The notes: generated from the letters alone by a model not told the origin. 64,000 bases of DNA from an uncultured Chloroflexia bacterium (GCA_963766735.1 CAVYBU010000030.1:160001-224000), one strand, 5' to 3'; shown: positions 19,361-30,972, numbered from the stretch's first letter. Translations and numbers: made by a program.

Positions 19361-19460
19361 CCACGCAGGGCTGACCGGGCCCCGCGCCGGGCCGATCACG
19401 AGCCCGGGGCCCCGCGCCGGGCCGATCACGCAGGGCGCCCCGGCGGTCGCGCCGGGCTGA
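19345..19460 (+). repeat. Direct repeats echoing the pepA 3' end
   Basis: GGTCGCGCCGGGCTGA at 19345-19360 and 19445-19460; GGGCCCCGCGCCGGGCCGATCACG at 19377-19400 and 19407-19430. Confidence 0.85.
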
Positions 19461-19505
19461 GCGTGCCGTGCGCCCCGGGGGCTGCGTGGCCCGTACACTC
19501 CGGTC

Positions 19506-20144
19506 GTGCTGACGTCAATCGCCACCGCGCTCGGGATCCTCGGGGCCGCCTGGGGGTTCATCGCCGACAGGATCGGCGCGCGCTGGCCTGCCCACGACGA
19601 CGGTGCCGTTCGCCCGATCGACTGGCGGACGCCCGTTGCTGTCGTCACGGGGGCGCTTGCCCTGGGCGGCCTGACGTCCCGGTTCACCGAACCCGTGACG
19701 GCTCTGGTGTTCGGCGCCTACCTCGTGGCGCTCGTCCTGCTGCTGGCGACGGACCTTGACCAGCGGCTGCTGCCGGACGTGATCACGCTGCCCGCGATCC
19801 CGATCGCGCTCGTCTTCGACCTGGTCGGGCTCAACCCCCTGGTTCCGCCCGGCGCCCTGCCGGCGGCGATCGTGGTGGCGATCGCCGTGCCGGGCCTGAT
19901 GTACCTGTTCTCGAAGCCGTTCGGGGCCGGGGCCTTCGGCCAGGGGGACGTGAAGCTGCTGGTGTCGGTCGGCCTGCTCGCCGGGCCGTTGCGCATGTTC
20001 TCGGGCGTGGTCTACGGGGCGCTGCTGGCCGGCGTCGTGATCGTGCTGCTGCTGGTCGCCCGGCGGATAACGCTCAAGAGCTACATCCCGTTCGGGCCGT
20101 TCCTGATCTTCGGGGCCATCTGGGCGATCCTCGTCAGCCCGTAG
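19506..20144 (+). CDS. A24 family prepilin peptidase (peptidase domain, no N-terminal Cys cluster)
   Basis: ATDLDQRLLPD and FGQGDVKL catalytic Asp motifs; IPFGPFL C-terminal motif; multiple TM helices. Confidence 0.9.
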   Translation: MLTSIATALGILGAAWGFIADRIGARWPAHDDGAVRPIDWRTPVAVVTGALALGGLTSRFTEPVTALVFGAYLVALVLLLATDLDQRLLPDVITLPAIPIALVFDLVGLNPLVPPGALPAAIVVAIAVPGLMYLFSKPFGAGAFGQGDVKLLVSVGLLAGPLRMFSGVVYGALLAGVVIVLLLVARRITLKSYIPFGPFLIFGAIWAILVSP

Positions 20145-20334
20145 GCTGGCGCCCGCGGCTGGCCGGGTTGCACCGCGCTGGTAGACTCGATCGGTACGCC
20201 GGTTCAGGTCGTCCCGGGAGTGCCCTCCGTGGCGGCGCCGTATCCGGCGAGCGTGCACCTGGTTTCGCCGAGTCGGCCCGTCCGGCGCAGCGATGACAAT
20301 ATGAACGCTCGCACGAGATGAGGACGCCAGCTCG

Positions 20335-21690
20335 TTGACTCGCCACACCGCTGCGCAGCACTACCCACGGTCCGGCCCACGCCATCGCCGTCTGCTCGCC
20401 GCCCTCCTGGCCATCCCCCTCGTCTTCGGGCTGGTTGCGGCGCCGGCATTCGCGCCGGGCCCAGTCCAGGGCGACGAGCTGGCCGACGCCAAGGCCCAGC
20501 AGGCCGCGCTCGAGAAGAAGATCAAGCAGCAGAAGAGCCTGATCGCGGGCCTGGACAACTCGCAGGCGAGTCTCGCGGGGCGCATCGCCCGGACCACGGG
20601 CAAGCTCGAGGGCATCGCCGAAGACCTGGCGGTCACCCGCCGGCAGGTCAACGCGATGATCAAGGACATCGCCGCGGTACAGGCGGACTACGACACGCTC
20701 GTCAGCGAGCTTGACGATCTGGACCTGCAGCTCGAGCGCATCGGGCAGATGGAGTCGACCAAGAAGGCCGAGCTGGGGGAGCGCAAGGCCGAGCTGGCGA
20801 ATCGCATCCGGGATGCGTGGGAGGCGGAGCGCACCTCGATGCTGGAGACATTCCTCTCCGGTGCCTCGTTCACCGACATGCTCGCCGAGATGAGCACCCA
20901 GCTCGATGCGGCCGAGCAGGACCGGGTTCTTGCCCAGCAGATCGCGCTGGACCGGGCGACGTTGCTCTCGCTCCACCAGACGGTCGTGGCGACGCGCGCC
21001 CAGACCAACACCCTCCGCCAGGAGACCGCCGTCCAGAAACAGAAGCTGGACCGGCGCCTCGCCGAGCTGGAGAAGGCGCGGGCAAAGCTGGTCAAGCTCG
21101 AGAAGGCAGCCAAGGCGACCCTCAGGGCGCAGAAGGCGCAATACGCGAAGCTGTCCAGGGACGAGGCGAGGTTACGCAAGGCGGTGGCATCGGCGGCCGC
21201 GGCGAAGAAGAAGCTTCAGACGAAGATCAACCGTCTCGTCGCCTCACAGTTCAAAGCGGGCAACATCCCGTCCGCGTACAACGGAACGCTCCGCTGGCCG
21301 ATGTCGGGCACGATCAGCCAGGACTACGGGTGCACGGGCTTCTCCTGGGAGCCTCCCAAGGGGGGCTGCGCGCACTTCCACAGCGGCATCGACCTCGTCG
21401 CGCCCTCCGGGACGCCGGTGCGATCGTCCGCGGCCGGACGTGTCGTGTATGTGGGCTGGAACTGGGCCGACGGCTACGACCCCGCGTTCATCGTCATCGT
21501 GGCGCACTCCTCCAGCCTGACCACCTGGTACGCCCACCTGCAGGCACGCTATGCAGTCAAGGCCGGCCAGATCGTCAGCGCCGGCCAGGTCATCGGCTAC
21601 GAGGGGAACACCGGTCATTCCACGGGCGCCCACCTCCACTGGATGGTGTACTTCAACGGCAGCTTCGTGAACCCGCGCCTGTTCACCTGA
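20335..21690 (+). CDS. Secreted coiled-coil + M23 peptidase (EnvC/CwlO-like peptidoglycan hydrolase)
   Basis: Signal peptide, long coiled coil, HFHSGIDL, TWYAHL, GNTGHSTGAHLH, VNP. Confidence 0.92.
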   Translation: MTRHTAAQHYPRSGPRHRRLLAALLAIPLVFGLVAAPAFAPGPVQGDELADAKAQQAALEKKIKQQKSLIAGLDNSQASLAGRIARTTGKLEGIAEDLAVTRRQVNAMIKDIAAVQADYDTLVSELDDLDLQLERIGQMESTKKAELGERKAELANRIRDAWEAERTSMLETFLSGASFTDMLAEMSTQLDAAEQDRVLAQQIALDRATLLSLHQTVVATRAQTNTLRQETAVQKQKLDRRLAELEKARAKLVKLEKAAKATLRAQKAQYAKLSRDEARLRKAVASAAAAKKKLQTKINRLVASQFKAGNIPSAYNGTLRWPMSGTISQDYGCTGFSWEPPKGGCAHFHSGIDLVAPSGTPVRSSAAGRVVYVGWNWADGYDPAFIVIVAHSSSLTTWYAHLQARYAVKAGQIVSAGQVIGYEGNTGHSTGAHLHWMVYFNGSFVNPRLFT

Positions 21691-21766
21691 GGCGCGGCAC
21701 CTGCTCCGCCCACGCCCACGGTGCTAGCATCGGAAGACAGCCCCCCAGCGAGCGGAGGAACGACGG

Positions 21767-23098
21767 TTGGTCAAGCCGGTGATGGCGGTGATTCTCGCGG
21801 GCGGCGAAGGCGAGCGCCTGTCGATCCTGTCCTCCGTCAGGGCCAAGCCCGCGGTCCCCTTCGGCGGCAAGTACCGGATCATCGATTTCACGCTGTCCAA
21901 CTGCGTCAACTCGGGCCTCGATGACGTGGTCGTCCTGACCCAGTACAACCCTCGCTCGCTCAACGACCACATCGGCCTCGGGCGCCCGTGGGACCTCGAC
22001 CGGAACAGGGGCGGCGTGAAGCTGCTGCAGCCGTACATCAAGCGCGGCCGTGTGGCGGAGTGGTACCGCGGCACCGCGGACGCCGTGCTCCAGAACTTCA
22101 ACGTGATCGAGCACGATGCGGGGGACACCATCCTTGTGCTCGCCGGTGACCACATCTACAAGATGGACTACACGCCGTTCCTGGCCGCGCATCGCCGCCA
22201 CCGCGCGGACGTCACGCTCGCGGTCAGGCGCGTGCCGCTGGCGGAGGCCAGCCGGATGGGTGTCCTGGCGCTGGACGACGGCGATCGCGTCGTGGACTGG
22301 CAGGAGAAGCCCAAGCAGCCCAAGAGCGACCTCGCGTCTATGGGCGTCTACGTGTTCTCCAAGCGGGCGCTCCGCCGCTGGCTGACGGACAAGAACATCG
22401 ACTTCGGCCGGGAGGTGATCCCGGCCATGCTTGCCGACGGCGCCCGCGTGTTCGGGTACCGGTTCGAAGGGTATTGGCAGGACGTGGGGACGATCCAGTC
22501 GTTCTGGGAGGCCAACATGGCGCTCCTGGACGACATTCCGGAGCTGGACCTGTACGACCGCGAGTGGCTGATCCACACCCGGTCGGAGGAGCGGGCTCCC
22601 GCCAAGGTCGGCCCCACCGCACAGGTCCACCGGAGCCTGATCTCGCACGGCTGCGTCATCAACGGCACGGTCGTCAACAGCGTCCTGTCCCCCGGGGTCC
22701 GGGTTGACGTGGGCGCGGTGGTCCGGGACTCCATCGTGATGTTCGATTCCGTCGTCCGCAGCGGCGCGGTCGTTGACCGCGCGATCCTGGACAAGGAGGT
22801 CGTGATCGGCCAGGGGGCGATCGTCGGCGAGGGCCCCGACTTCGACACCCCGAACAAGGCGGAGCCCGGCCGCCTCAACACCGGGATCACGGTGGTGGGG
22901 AAGCAGTCGGTCGTGCCGCGCGGTGCGCGCCTGGGGCGCAACGTGAAGGTCGGCGAACGGGTCCGGACGAGCGACTTCACGTCGCGCAGCGTCCGGTCGG
23001 GCGGGACCGTGGACCGCAAGGAACGGTCCCGCAAGGTCGATCTCGGCGAGGACGTCGGGGCGCCACCGGCCAGGGCGAGCGCGGTCGGTCGCGACTGA
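21767..23098 (+). CDS. glgC: Glucose-1-phosphate adenylyltransferase
   Basis: [60 protein letters not shown]. Confidence 0.95.
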   Translation: MVKPVMAVILAGGEGERLSILSSVRAKPAVPFGGKYRIIDFTLSNCVNSGLDDVVVLTQYNPRSLNDHIGLGRPWDLDRNRGGVKLLQPYIKRGRVAEWYRGTADAVLQNFNVIEHDAGDTILVLAGDHIYKMDYTPFLAAHRRHRADVTLAVRRVPLAEASRMGVLALDDGDRVVDWQEKPKQPKSDLASMGVYVFSKRALRRWLTDKNIDFGREVIPAMLADGARVFGYRFEGYWQDVGTIQSFWEANMALLDDIPELDLYDREWLIHTRSEERAPAKVGPTAQVHRSLISHGCVINGTVVNSVLSPGVRVDVGAVVRDSIVMFDSVVRSGAVVDRAILDKEVVIGQGAIVGEGPDFDTPNKAEPGRLNTGITVVGKQSVVPRGARLGRNVKVGERVRTSDFTSRSVRSGGTVDRKERSRKVDLGEDVGAPPARASAVGRD

Positions 23099-23173
23099 CC
23101 TCGCGCCGCCACGTCGAGTGCGGCGGCAGGCTGTCGCGAGGGATCTCCGCGTTGCTCCGGTAGACTCCCCGCC

Positions 23174-23743
23174 ATGTCACCCGCCCCCCTGGCGTCGGCA
23201 TGCGCCGCGGCCGACGTCGAGGCCTGGCTCGCCGAGCTCGATCTCCGGCCCCTGGAGCGAGCCGACCGGGAAGGCGTCTCCTCGTGGGATCTCATCCTCG
23301 ACGGACGCCGCCGTGCGGCCTTGCGCGTCACGATCATCCTGGACCCTGGGCTGGCCCTGATCTGCTGGGCGCACTTTGCGCCCCCGATCAACGACGGCTT
23401 CCGGCGGTCGTATCGCAAGCTCCTGCGCTGGAACGACGAGCTTCCATTCGTGAAGTTCTCGATCGGGGAGGACGAGCGCCCCCTCCTGGTGGCCGAGATC
23501 CCGTCCGCCGCGGCGACCCGCGATTCGCTGGGCCTGGCGCTCGCCCGGCACGTCGCCGTCGGTGATCGCTACTTCGCTGAGTCGATCGAGTGGCTGAAGG
23601 CCGGCGGCTGGCCTATCGAGCCCGCTGCCGCTCCGGCCGAGGGCGCGGCGCCAGGCCCCGGCGCAGCCCTGCTTGCCCGCTATGCGGCGGAGCTCGAGGA
23701 GCTCCTGACCGGCGTGCCCGCGACGGCGGGGGTGGGTGCGTGA
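23174..23743 (+). CDS. YbjN-domain (T3SS-chaperone-like fold) protein
   Basis: WAHFAPP...YRKLLRWN...FVKFSI pattern typical of YbjN-like proteins; TAGACT 7 nt before ATG; stop overlaps the next GTG. Confidence 0.7.
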   Translation: MSPAPLASACAAADVEAWLAELDLRPLERADREGVSSWDLILDGRRRAALRVTIILDPGLALICWAHFAPPINDGFRRSYRKLLRWNDELPFVKFSIGEDERPLLVAEIPSAAATRDSLGLALARHVAVGDRYFAESIEWLKAGGWPIEPAAAPAEGAAPGPGAALLARYAAELEELLTGVPATAGVGA

Positions 23744-26700
23744 TCATCCGCCGCCGGGCGTCCGGGCTGGCCTTCGCGGCCGCGCTGACCGCCATGCTCC
23801 TCGGCTCCGTCGCCGGTGCCGTGCCGGCCGAGGAGGTCAGGGCCGCCGCGACGGACCTCACCCTCGTCGGCGCCGCGACCTACACGGTGCTGCCCGAAGC
23901 CGGTCGCGTCGGCGTCGCCGTGGACTTCACCGTGCGCAACCACCGGCCGGAGTCGAAGACGCGCCGGTTCTACTTCGATCGCGCGTACATCGCCGTCCTA
24001 CCCGGCACGGTGTCGTTCCGCGTCTCGGGATGGAAGGGCACCACGGTCCACGTCACGAAGCGGACCGCGGACTACACGATGCTCCGGATCGACTTCGGCT
24101 CCCGCCTCTACAGCGGCAAGTCACACGACCTGCGGCTGACGTTCGATCTCCCGGATCCGAAGCGCGACACGGGCTCCCAGGTCCGCGTCGGCACCAGCCT
24201 CGTCACGTTCCCGGTCTGGGCCTACGCCTCCGAGGGCGCCAAGGGCAGCACCGTGACCGTCCGGTTTCCGGCCGGCTACGAGGTGGAGGTGCAGAGCGGA
24301 TCCTTCGACAGGAAGACCGTGGGTTCGAATGGCGGCACGGTCCTCCGGGCGGGGCCCCTGGCCCAGCCACTGACGTTCTTCGCCTTCGTCTCCGGCACGC
24401 GTCCGGCGGTCTACGTGGACACGCCCCTGAGCGTGACCGCCGGACCCCAGGCGATCGACCTCACCATGCGCGCCTGGGAGGACGATCCGGACTGGTCGTC
24501 GCGGGTGGGCTCGCTGCTTGAGGGTGCCCTGCCGGTCCTGCGCCGCGAGATCGGGCTGGCCTGGCCGTACGACGATGCCGTGGTCGTCCAGGAGGCCGTG
24601 AGCCGCACCGACGGTGGCTACGCCGGCCTGTTCGACGGGGCCGACGGACGAATCGAGGTGGCCTACTGGGCCGAGCCCATGGTCATGATCCACGAGGCCG
24701 CCCACGGCTGGTTCAACGGGCGCCTTCTGGCGGACCGGTGGGCGAGCGAGGGGTTCGCCTCGCTGTATGCCGGGCGGGCCGCGGCGGAGCTGGAGATCGA
24801 GGGCACCGCCCCTGCGCTCACCGAGGAGGTGGCAGCATCGGCCATCCCGCTCAACGCGTGGGCGAACGACCCCACCGCCGACAGCGCCACCGAGACGTAT
24901 GGCTTCGCCGCCAGCCTGGCCGCGGCGCAGGCGATCGCGGACCGTGCGGGCGACGGGGCCCTGCAGCGGGTCTGGGCGGCCGCCGATCGCGGCATCGGGG
25001 CCTACCAGCCGGTGATCCCCGGTGGTGCCGGGACCGGCGGCAGCTCGACGGTCGGCGGGGAGCCCGAGACCGTGGACGGGCCTCCCGACTGGCGCGGCCT
25101 CCTGGACCTCCTGGAGGCGGAGACCGGCCAGAGCTTCGAGGACCTGTGGCGAACCTGGGTGGTACGCGAGGACGAGGTCGCGCTGCTGGAGGCTCGCACG
25201 GCCGCGCGTGCCTCGTACAACCGCACGCTCGCGCTCGCGGGCGACTGGGCACTTCCACGCCCGATCCGCGACGCGCTGCGGGCGTGGCAGTTCGATTCGG
25301 CAGAGCGTCTCATGGCTGACGCCCGCACGATCCTCGCCCAGCGTGCCGCCCTCGATGAGCTGGCGACGCGGGAAGGCCTCGTCGTGCCGCCCACCATGCT
25401 CACGCTGTTCGAGGCGGGGTCCATGGGGGAGGCGAGCGCCGAGGCGGAGGCGGTGCGGAACGCCATGCTCTCGATCCGCCAGGCGACCGACGCGCAATCC
25501 GCCGCGGACGACATCCTGACGACCATCGGCATGATCGGCGAGGAGCCCGAGGCCGATCTCCGAGCGGCCAGGGCGGCGCTCGCGACCGGGGATCTCGGCG
25601 CGACGCTGAAGGCGGCCGACGACGCGTACCGGGCCTGGAACGGCGCCTGGGAGGAGGGGCGGCGACGTGCCCTGCTGGCCGTGGCGGTCCTGGCGACGAT
25701 CCTGGTGCTGGGATCCTCGATCGTGGGCCGGGTGCGCCGTGCCCGCATGCGTCCGCCGGCCGCGGCCGCCGTGCTGGCGTTGCTGCTGGCGACCGGCGCC
25801 GCCGTCCTGCCTCCGGCCGCGGCGCCGGCGATGCCGTTCCTCGCCGGGCTGGGAGCGCCCGTGGCGCTGGCGGCCGACGACATCGCGATCACGGCCGCCG
25901 CGCACTACGTCGTGGATCCCGGCGACGCCGTCGTCCGGGTCACCGTGGACATCACCGCGGTCAACGGCAAGCCCAACCGGACCAGCGGCGGGACGATCAC
26001 CCGCTACTTCTATGACGGTGTGAACCTCGGGGTCCAGCCCGAGGGTGTGCGCTTCCGGGCCACGCAGGGCGGTTCGCCGGCCAAGGTGACGGCGGCCCAG
26101 CGTGATGGGTACCAGCTGGTCACCGTCCTGTTCCGCAAGAACATCTACGTCGGCGAGAAGGCCAAGGTCCGACTCACGTACGACCTGCCGGCGGGCAAGC
26201 CGCGCTCCGAGAGTGACGTCCGGGTGGGTGCCGCCTTCGCGACGTTCCTCGCGTGGGCGTTCGGCGACGCGGGCACGGTCCGCGTGGACGTGCCACAGGG
26301 CTTCGACGTGAACATCGCGGGCAGCGAGATGCAGGAGGTCGCGGGCACGGCCGGCATGCAGGTGTTCAGCGCCAGCACCACGGACCCGCTGGACTGGTCG
26401 GCGTGGGTCAACGCCCGAAATGATGCCGGACTGACGAAGGACGAGATCACGCTCTCGGGCGGGAACCGGATCGTCGTCCGCGGCTGGCCGGAGGACCCGC
26501 GGTGGCGGGCGCGGTGGCGGAGGTCCTGGCCGATGCCGTTCCCGAGCTGGCTCAGCGGATCGGCCTGCCATGGCCGGTCGACGGTGTCATGAGCGTGGTG
26601 GAGGTGCATTCCCCGCTCCTCGAGGGGTACTCGGGCTTCTACGACAGCGAGACCAACGAGATCACGATCAGCGAGGACCTCGACGACGCGACGACGATCC

Positions 26701-27797
26701 ACGAGGCGGCGCACGCGTGGTTCAACGAGGGGCTGTTCACACAGCGCTGGATCAACGAGGGGCTGGCCGAGGAGTACGCCGCCCGCGTGCTGGAGGCAAT
26801 GGGCGGGGATCCATCCGAGCCAGAGGCCGTGACCCGGGCTTCGTCGGAGGCATTCCCGCTCAACGACTGGCCACCGCCTGCCCCGATCAGCGACGAGGCG
26901 AGCGACAAGCGGGAGCAGTACGGCTACGACGCATCATGGACGGTCGTGCGGGCGATCATGGCCGAGGCCGGAGAGGACGGCTTCGTGCGCATGTTCAGGG
27001 CCGCCGACGACCACACCACCGCGTACCCGGGCGAGGGGCCGCCCGAGCGCGCCGCGCTGCCCAACGACTGGCGCCGCTTCCTCGATCTCGCCGAGGAGCT
27101 GGGTGGGGCTGACGGCACGACCGCGCTTGTCGTCGCCTGGGCCGCGACGACCGACGCCCAGGACGTGCTGATCGCCCGCGACGCAGCACGCAGGGCCTAC
27201 CACGTGCTGCTCGAGGACGGAGACGGCTGGTCGGCACCCCCTGCGGTGCGCCTGGCGATGGACAGCTGGTCGTTCGCCAAGGCGGGCGAGGCCATCGATC
27301 TCGCGGAGACCGTGCTCGACGCGCGCGACGACCTGGTGACCACGGCCGCCGGCGTGGGACTGTCGCCCGCAGGTGACCTGGAGGCCGCCTACGAGGGCGC
27401 GGCGTCCGGATCGGACCTCGACGCCGCGCTGGCGCTCGCTCGAGCGACGTCCCGGTCCCTGGCTGAGGTGACCGCCGCCGGGGCCGCGGTGGCGGCGCCA
27501 CGGGACGTGCTCACGTCGCTGGGCCTGGACGAAGCGGACCCGGACGGGGATCTCGCCGCCGCCCGGGTGGCCTGGGAGGCCGGTGACCTGGACGCATCCA
27601 CGGCCGGTGCGGACGCTGCGATTGCCGCCCTCGCCGCGGCGCCCGGCAACGGTCGCACCAAGGTCCTGCTGGTGGGTGGCGGGGCGGTCGGAACGGTCGT
27701 GCTGCTGTGGCTGGTCGTTGTCATTGTCCGTCGCCGCAGGCCGGTACCGGCGTCCGAGGGGCCGCAGCCCACGGATGAGGAAGTGGACCGCTCGTGA
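23740..27797 (+). CDS. Large membrane protein with two tandem gluzincin (peptidase MA/M1-like) modules; 1-nt frameshift near 26510
   Basis: GTG overlaps the upstream TGA. HEAAH-x14-E at 24691 and 26700; homologous PDWRGLLDLLE / PNDWRRFLDLAE segments. ORFs 23590..26592 and 26502..27797 join by one added base. Confidence 0.75.
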
Positions 27798-27837
27798 CCC
27801 GCCCCGCCGCACCGGCCTGCCTGCGCGGCTGATCGAC

Positions 27838-29010
27838 CTAGGTCGCCGGACCCGGCTGCGTCGCAGGGCGGCCAACAGACCGCAGGGACGGGTCCCGCAG
27901 CGTCAGCGCGATCGAGACCCCGATCAGGGCAATCCCGCCCACGAGCGCCGCCGACAGCCCGAACAGCGCCACGATCGGCGCCCCGCCCATGCTGCCGATG
28001 GTCAGCGCTGCTGCCAGGCTTCCCGAGTAGAGCGCGAATGCGGAGCCCCGGTCCGCATCGCTCGACCGCCGCGAAAGCTCGAGGAGGGTCGGCGTCATCA
28101 CGATCGCGCCGCCGGCGCCACTGATCAGCCCGGACACGATCAGGAGGGGCGTGGTCAGCGGCAGCAGGAGCATCCCGATCGCGACGATGGTCGAGCCAGC
28201 GCCGATCGTTATCAGCGTCCGGGACGAGATCCGGTCCGAGAGCCAGCCGGACGGGAGCCTCATCACGAAGATCGCCAGGCCGTCGGCGGCGAAGTAGAGC
28301 CCGATGTCGGCACCGGCGTCAGAGGCCCGGACCGGCAGGTAGGCGATGACCGCGCCCCAGTGCGCGACGTAGGTGATCACGATGGCGAGGGGGACCGTCC
28401 ACTCGCGGCGGAAGGTGATCCCGAAGCGTCGGGGCGTCGGATCCGCCTCGTGGATGACGCGCCGGATGGGCAGACGCCAGGCGAGGAGGACGCCCGCCAC
28501 CACGAACACGACGGTCATCATCGCCACGCCGTCGAGCGAGGTTGCGTCGAGGATCGCGATCGACAGCGGGGGCATCACGACCAGGGTGAGGTTCTGGGCT
28601 GCCCCGACGAGCGCGAGTCCCGAGCCCAGGCGCGTCGGGTGGACGATCCCAGGGACCAGCGAGAGCGCGGCCGGCAGCGCCAGGGCGATGCCCATGCCCT
28701 GGAGGACCCGGGCGAGGACGAACGGAAGGACCGGGCCACCGGGCTCCACGCCGGGCAGCAGCAGGATCCCGGATGCCAGCAGGTAGAACGCGCCGCCGAC
28801 GCCGAACAGCCGCATCCCACCGAACCGGTCCACGAGACGTCCGCCCCCGATGGCCGCCGGGACCTGGACCAGGGCCGCCGTCCCCACGATCAGCCCGATG
28901 GTGGCATCGGCCACGCCGGCGCGGGCGAGGGCGAGCGGCAGGGAGGCGGTATAGCCGTGGAAGCCCGCCTGGACGAGGAACGTCGCGATCGCGAGAAGGA
29001 TGACGAGCAC
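27838..29010 (-). CDS. MFS transporter
   Basis: About 12 TM helices; motif A GRLVDRFGG and GWLSDRISSR; ARVLQG. Confidence 0.92.
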   Translation of the reverse strand: MLVILLAIATFLVQAGFHGYTASLPLALARAGVADATIGLIVGTAALVQVPAAIGGGRLVDRFGGMRLFGVGGAFYLLASGILLLPGVEPGGPVLPFVLARVLQGMGIALALPAALSLVPGIVHPTRLGSGLALVGAAQNLTLVVMPPLSIAILDATSLDGVAMMTVVFVVAGVLLAWRLPIRRVIHEADPTPRRFGITFRREWTVPLAIVITYVAHWGAVIAYLPVRASDAGADIGLYFAADGLAIFVMRLPSGWLSDRISSRTLITIGAGSTIVAIGMLLLPLTTPLLIVSGLISGAGGAIVMTPTLLELSRRSSDADRGSAFALYSGSLAAALTIGSMGGAPIVALFGLSAALVGGIALIGVSIALTLRDPSLRSVGRPATQPGPAT

Positions 29011-29178
29011 GATGTCTCTGGACTCACTGGATCGGGTCTGCGCCGGCGTCGGGGAGGCGTCGCGGCGTGTCCGGTGATCGTACCGGTGCCCGCGTCCGCG
29101 AAGGGCGCGACTCCGGGAGGGGCGCGACCCCGCCAGGCGTGACCCGGCGCGCGTGGAGGCGCCCGAGAGCTCTGGTGG

Positions 29179-29809
29179 TCAGCGGCCCGGCAGCTCCCCG
29201 GCCCAGCGCAGGCGGCCCAGCCAGAGGATCCCCAGGATCGACTTCGCGTCGCTGATCTCCCCGGAATCGATCATGGCCAACGCCTCGTCGATCGTCACGT
29301 GGCTCAACTCCAGGCGCTCGTCCTCGTCGGGAGCGAGCCGCCCGTCGCCGTCGGCCACGCCGTCCAGCCCGGTGGCCAGGTACAGGTGCATCAGCTCCGA
29401 GGCAAACCCGGGCGCCGTCCAGAACGTGGCGAGCTTCCGCCACGAGGTGGCCCGATGGCCGGTCTCCTCCTCAAGCTCCCGGCGGAGCGGCGACATCCGG
29501 GTCCTCGGTCACGCCGTCGGCCACGTCCAGCGTGCCGGCCGGGATCTCGAGCAGCGCCCGGCCCGCGGGGATCCGCCACTGGCGCACCAGCAGGAGGCGC
29601 CCGTCGGCGTCGAGGGCGAGCACGGCCACCGCGCCGGGATGCCCCACCACGTCACGCGTGCCGCGCGTGCCGTCGGGGCGCTCGATGGTGTCCACCCGGA
29701 AGTCCAGGTAGCGCCCGCGGTGGATGAGCTTCGAGTCGACGACCTGCTCCTCCAGCGGATCGTCCCCGAACGGGCGCCTCCCGGAGACGGCGGTCGTGGA
29801 ATCGGTCAT
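29179..29809 (-). CDS. NUDIX hydrolase (ADP-ribose pyrophosphatase NudF-like); 1-nt frameshift near 29486
   Basis: HPGAVAV, LVRQWR, LLEIPAGTLD in ORF 29471..29854; RRELEEETG, TAPGF, ISDAKS in ORF 29179..29496. The Nudix box is split across the shift. Confidence 0.85.
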
Positions 29810-29883
29810 GGCAGCTCCAGTGGAAGCACGCGGCCGGCCCGCCCCGGGAGGCAAGCCGGCCGCGTGATGGGCCGGGTCCGAGC

Positions 29884-30972
29884 TCAGGCTTCTGAATGGG
29901 CGAGCTTCTCACCCGTCTCGAGGTTGAACAGGTGCAGCTTGTCCACCGGCAGGTGGAGCTGGATGCTGTCACCGGGGCGGACACGATGCGACGAGTCCAC
30001 GATGGCGACGATGTCCCGCCCCTGGACGGACACGTGGAGGAGCTCCTCGTTGCCAAGGTACTCGACGACGTCCGCGGTGCCTTCGATGGTCCCGACCCCG
30101 ATGCCGATCCCGCCCATCTCCAGGTGCTCAGGCCGGAAGCCCGCGAGCACCTTGAGGCCGGCCGACTTGATCGCGTCGGCGTAGCGCGACGGCACCGGGA
30201 AGGTGAAGCCGCCTTCGATCAGGTCGCCGGTGCCGACCGGCATCTCGATGAAGTTCATCGACGGGCTGCCGATGAAGCCGGCGACGAACCGGTTCTTGGG
30301 GTGCTCGTACAGCTCCTGCGGCGTTCCGACCTGCCTGAGCAGGCCGTCGCTCATGACGGCGATCCGTTCGCCCATCGTCATGGCCTCGACCTGGTCGTGC
30401 GTGACGTACACCATCGTGGTCCCGAGGCGCTGGTGGAGGCGAGCGATCTCCGCGCGGGTCTGGACGCGCAGCTTGGCGTCGAGGTTGGACAGCGGCTCGT
30501 CCATGAGGAACACGGCGGGCTCCCGGACGATGGCCCGACCCAGCGCGACGCGCTGGCGCTGGCCGCCCGAGAGCGCCTTGGGCTTGCGGTCGAGCAGGCT
30601 CTCGAGCTGGAGGATGCCGGCCGCGTCGTTGATCCGCTTCTCGATCTCGGGCTTGGCCACCTTGCGGAGCTTGAGGCCGAACGCGAGGTTGTCGCGGACC
30701 GTCATGTGCGGGTAGAGCGCGTAGCTCTGGAAGACCATCGCGATGTCGCGATCCTTGGGCGCGACGTCGTTGACGACCTTGTCGCCGATCAGGAGGGTTC
30801 CCTCTGTGATCTCCTCGAGCCCGGCGATCATCCGCAGGCTCGTGGTCTTGCCACAGCCCGATGGGCCGACGAAGACCATGAACTCGCCGTCGCCGATCTC
30901 GAGGTTGAAGTCCGATACGGCTGTGACCTCGCCGAACCGCTTGAAGACGTGGTCAAACGTCACGGTCGCCAT
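29884..30972 (-). CDS. Sugar ABC transporter ATP-binding subunit (MalK/MsmX/UgpC family), orphan
   Basis: GPSGCGKT, VFQSYALYPHM, LSGGQRQR, MDEPLSNLDAKLR, VTHDQVEAMT, TOBE tail; GGAGG RBS. Confidence 0.95.
   Translation of the reverse strand: MATVTFDHVFKRFGEVTAVSDFNLEIGDGEFMVFVGPSGCGKTTSLRMIAGLEEITEGTLLIGDKVVNDVAPKDRDIAMVFQSYALYPHMTVRDNLAFGLKLRKVAKPEIEKRINDAAGILQLESLLDRKPKALSGGQRQRVALGRAIVREPAVFLMDEPLSNLDAKLRVQTRAEIARLHQRLGTTMVYVTHDQVEAMTMGERIAVMSDGLLRQVGTPQELYEHPKNRFVAGFIGSPSMNFIEMPVGTGDLIEGGFTFPVPSRYADAIKSAGLKVLAGFRPEHLEMGGIGIGVGTIEGTADVVEYLGNEELLHVSVQGRDIVAIVDSSHRVRPGDSIQLHLPVDKLHLFNLETGEKLAHSEA

Noticed and set aside
15683-19687. 1334-aa minus-strand ORF, and similar long shadow ORFs (40326..44096, 32953..35892, 24121..26571, 14166..16136, 47504..49312)
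   Set aside because: They lie antisense or out of frame to clearly recognisable genes and are Arg/Gly/Pro-rich with no motifs; expected from stop-codon scarcity in high-GC DNA.
19506-20144. Type IV pilus / competence locus
   Set aside because: The prepilin peptidase is solitary; I see no pilin, assembly ATPase or platform genes in the window.
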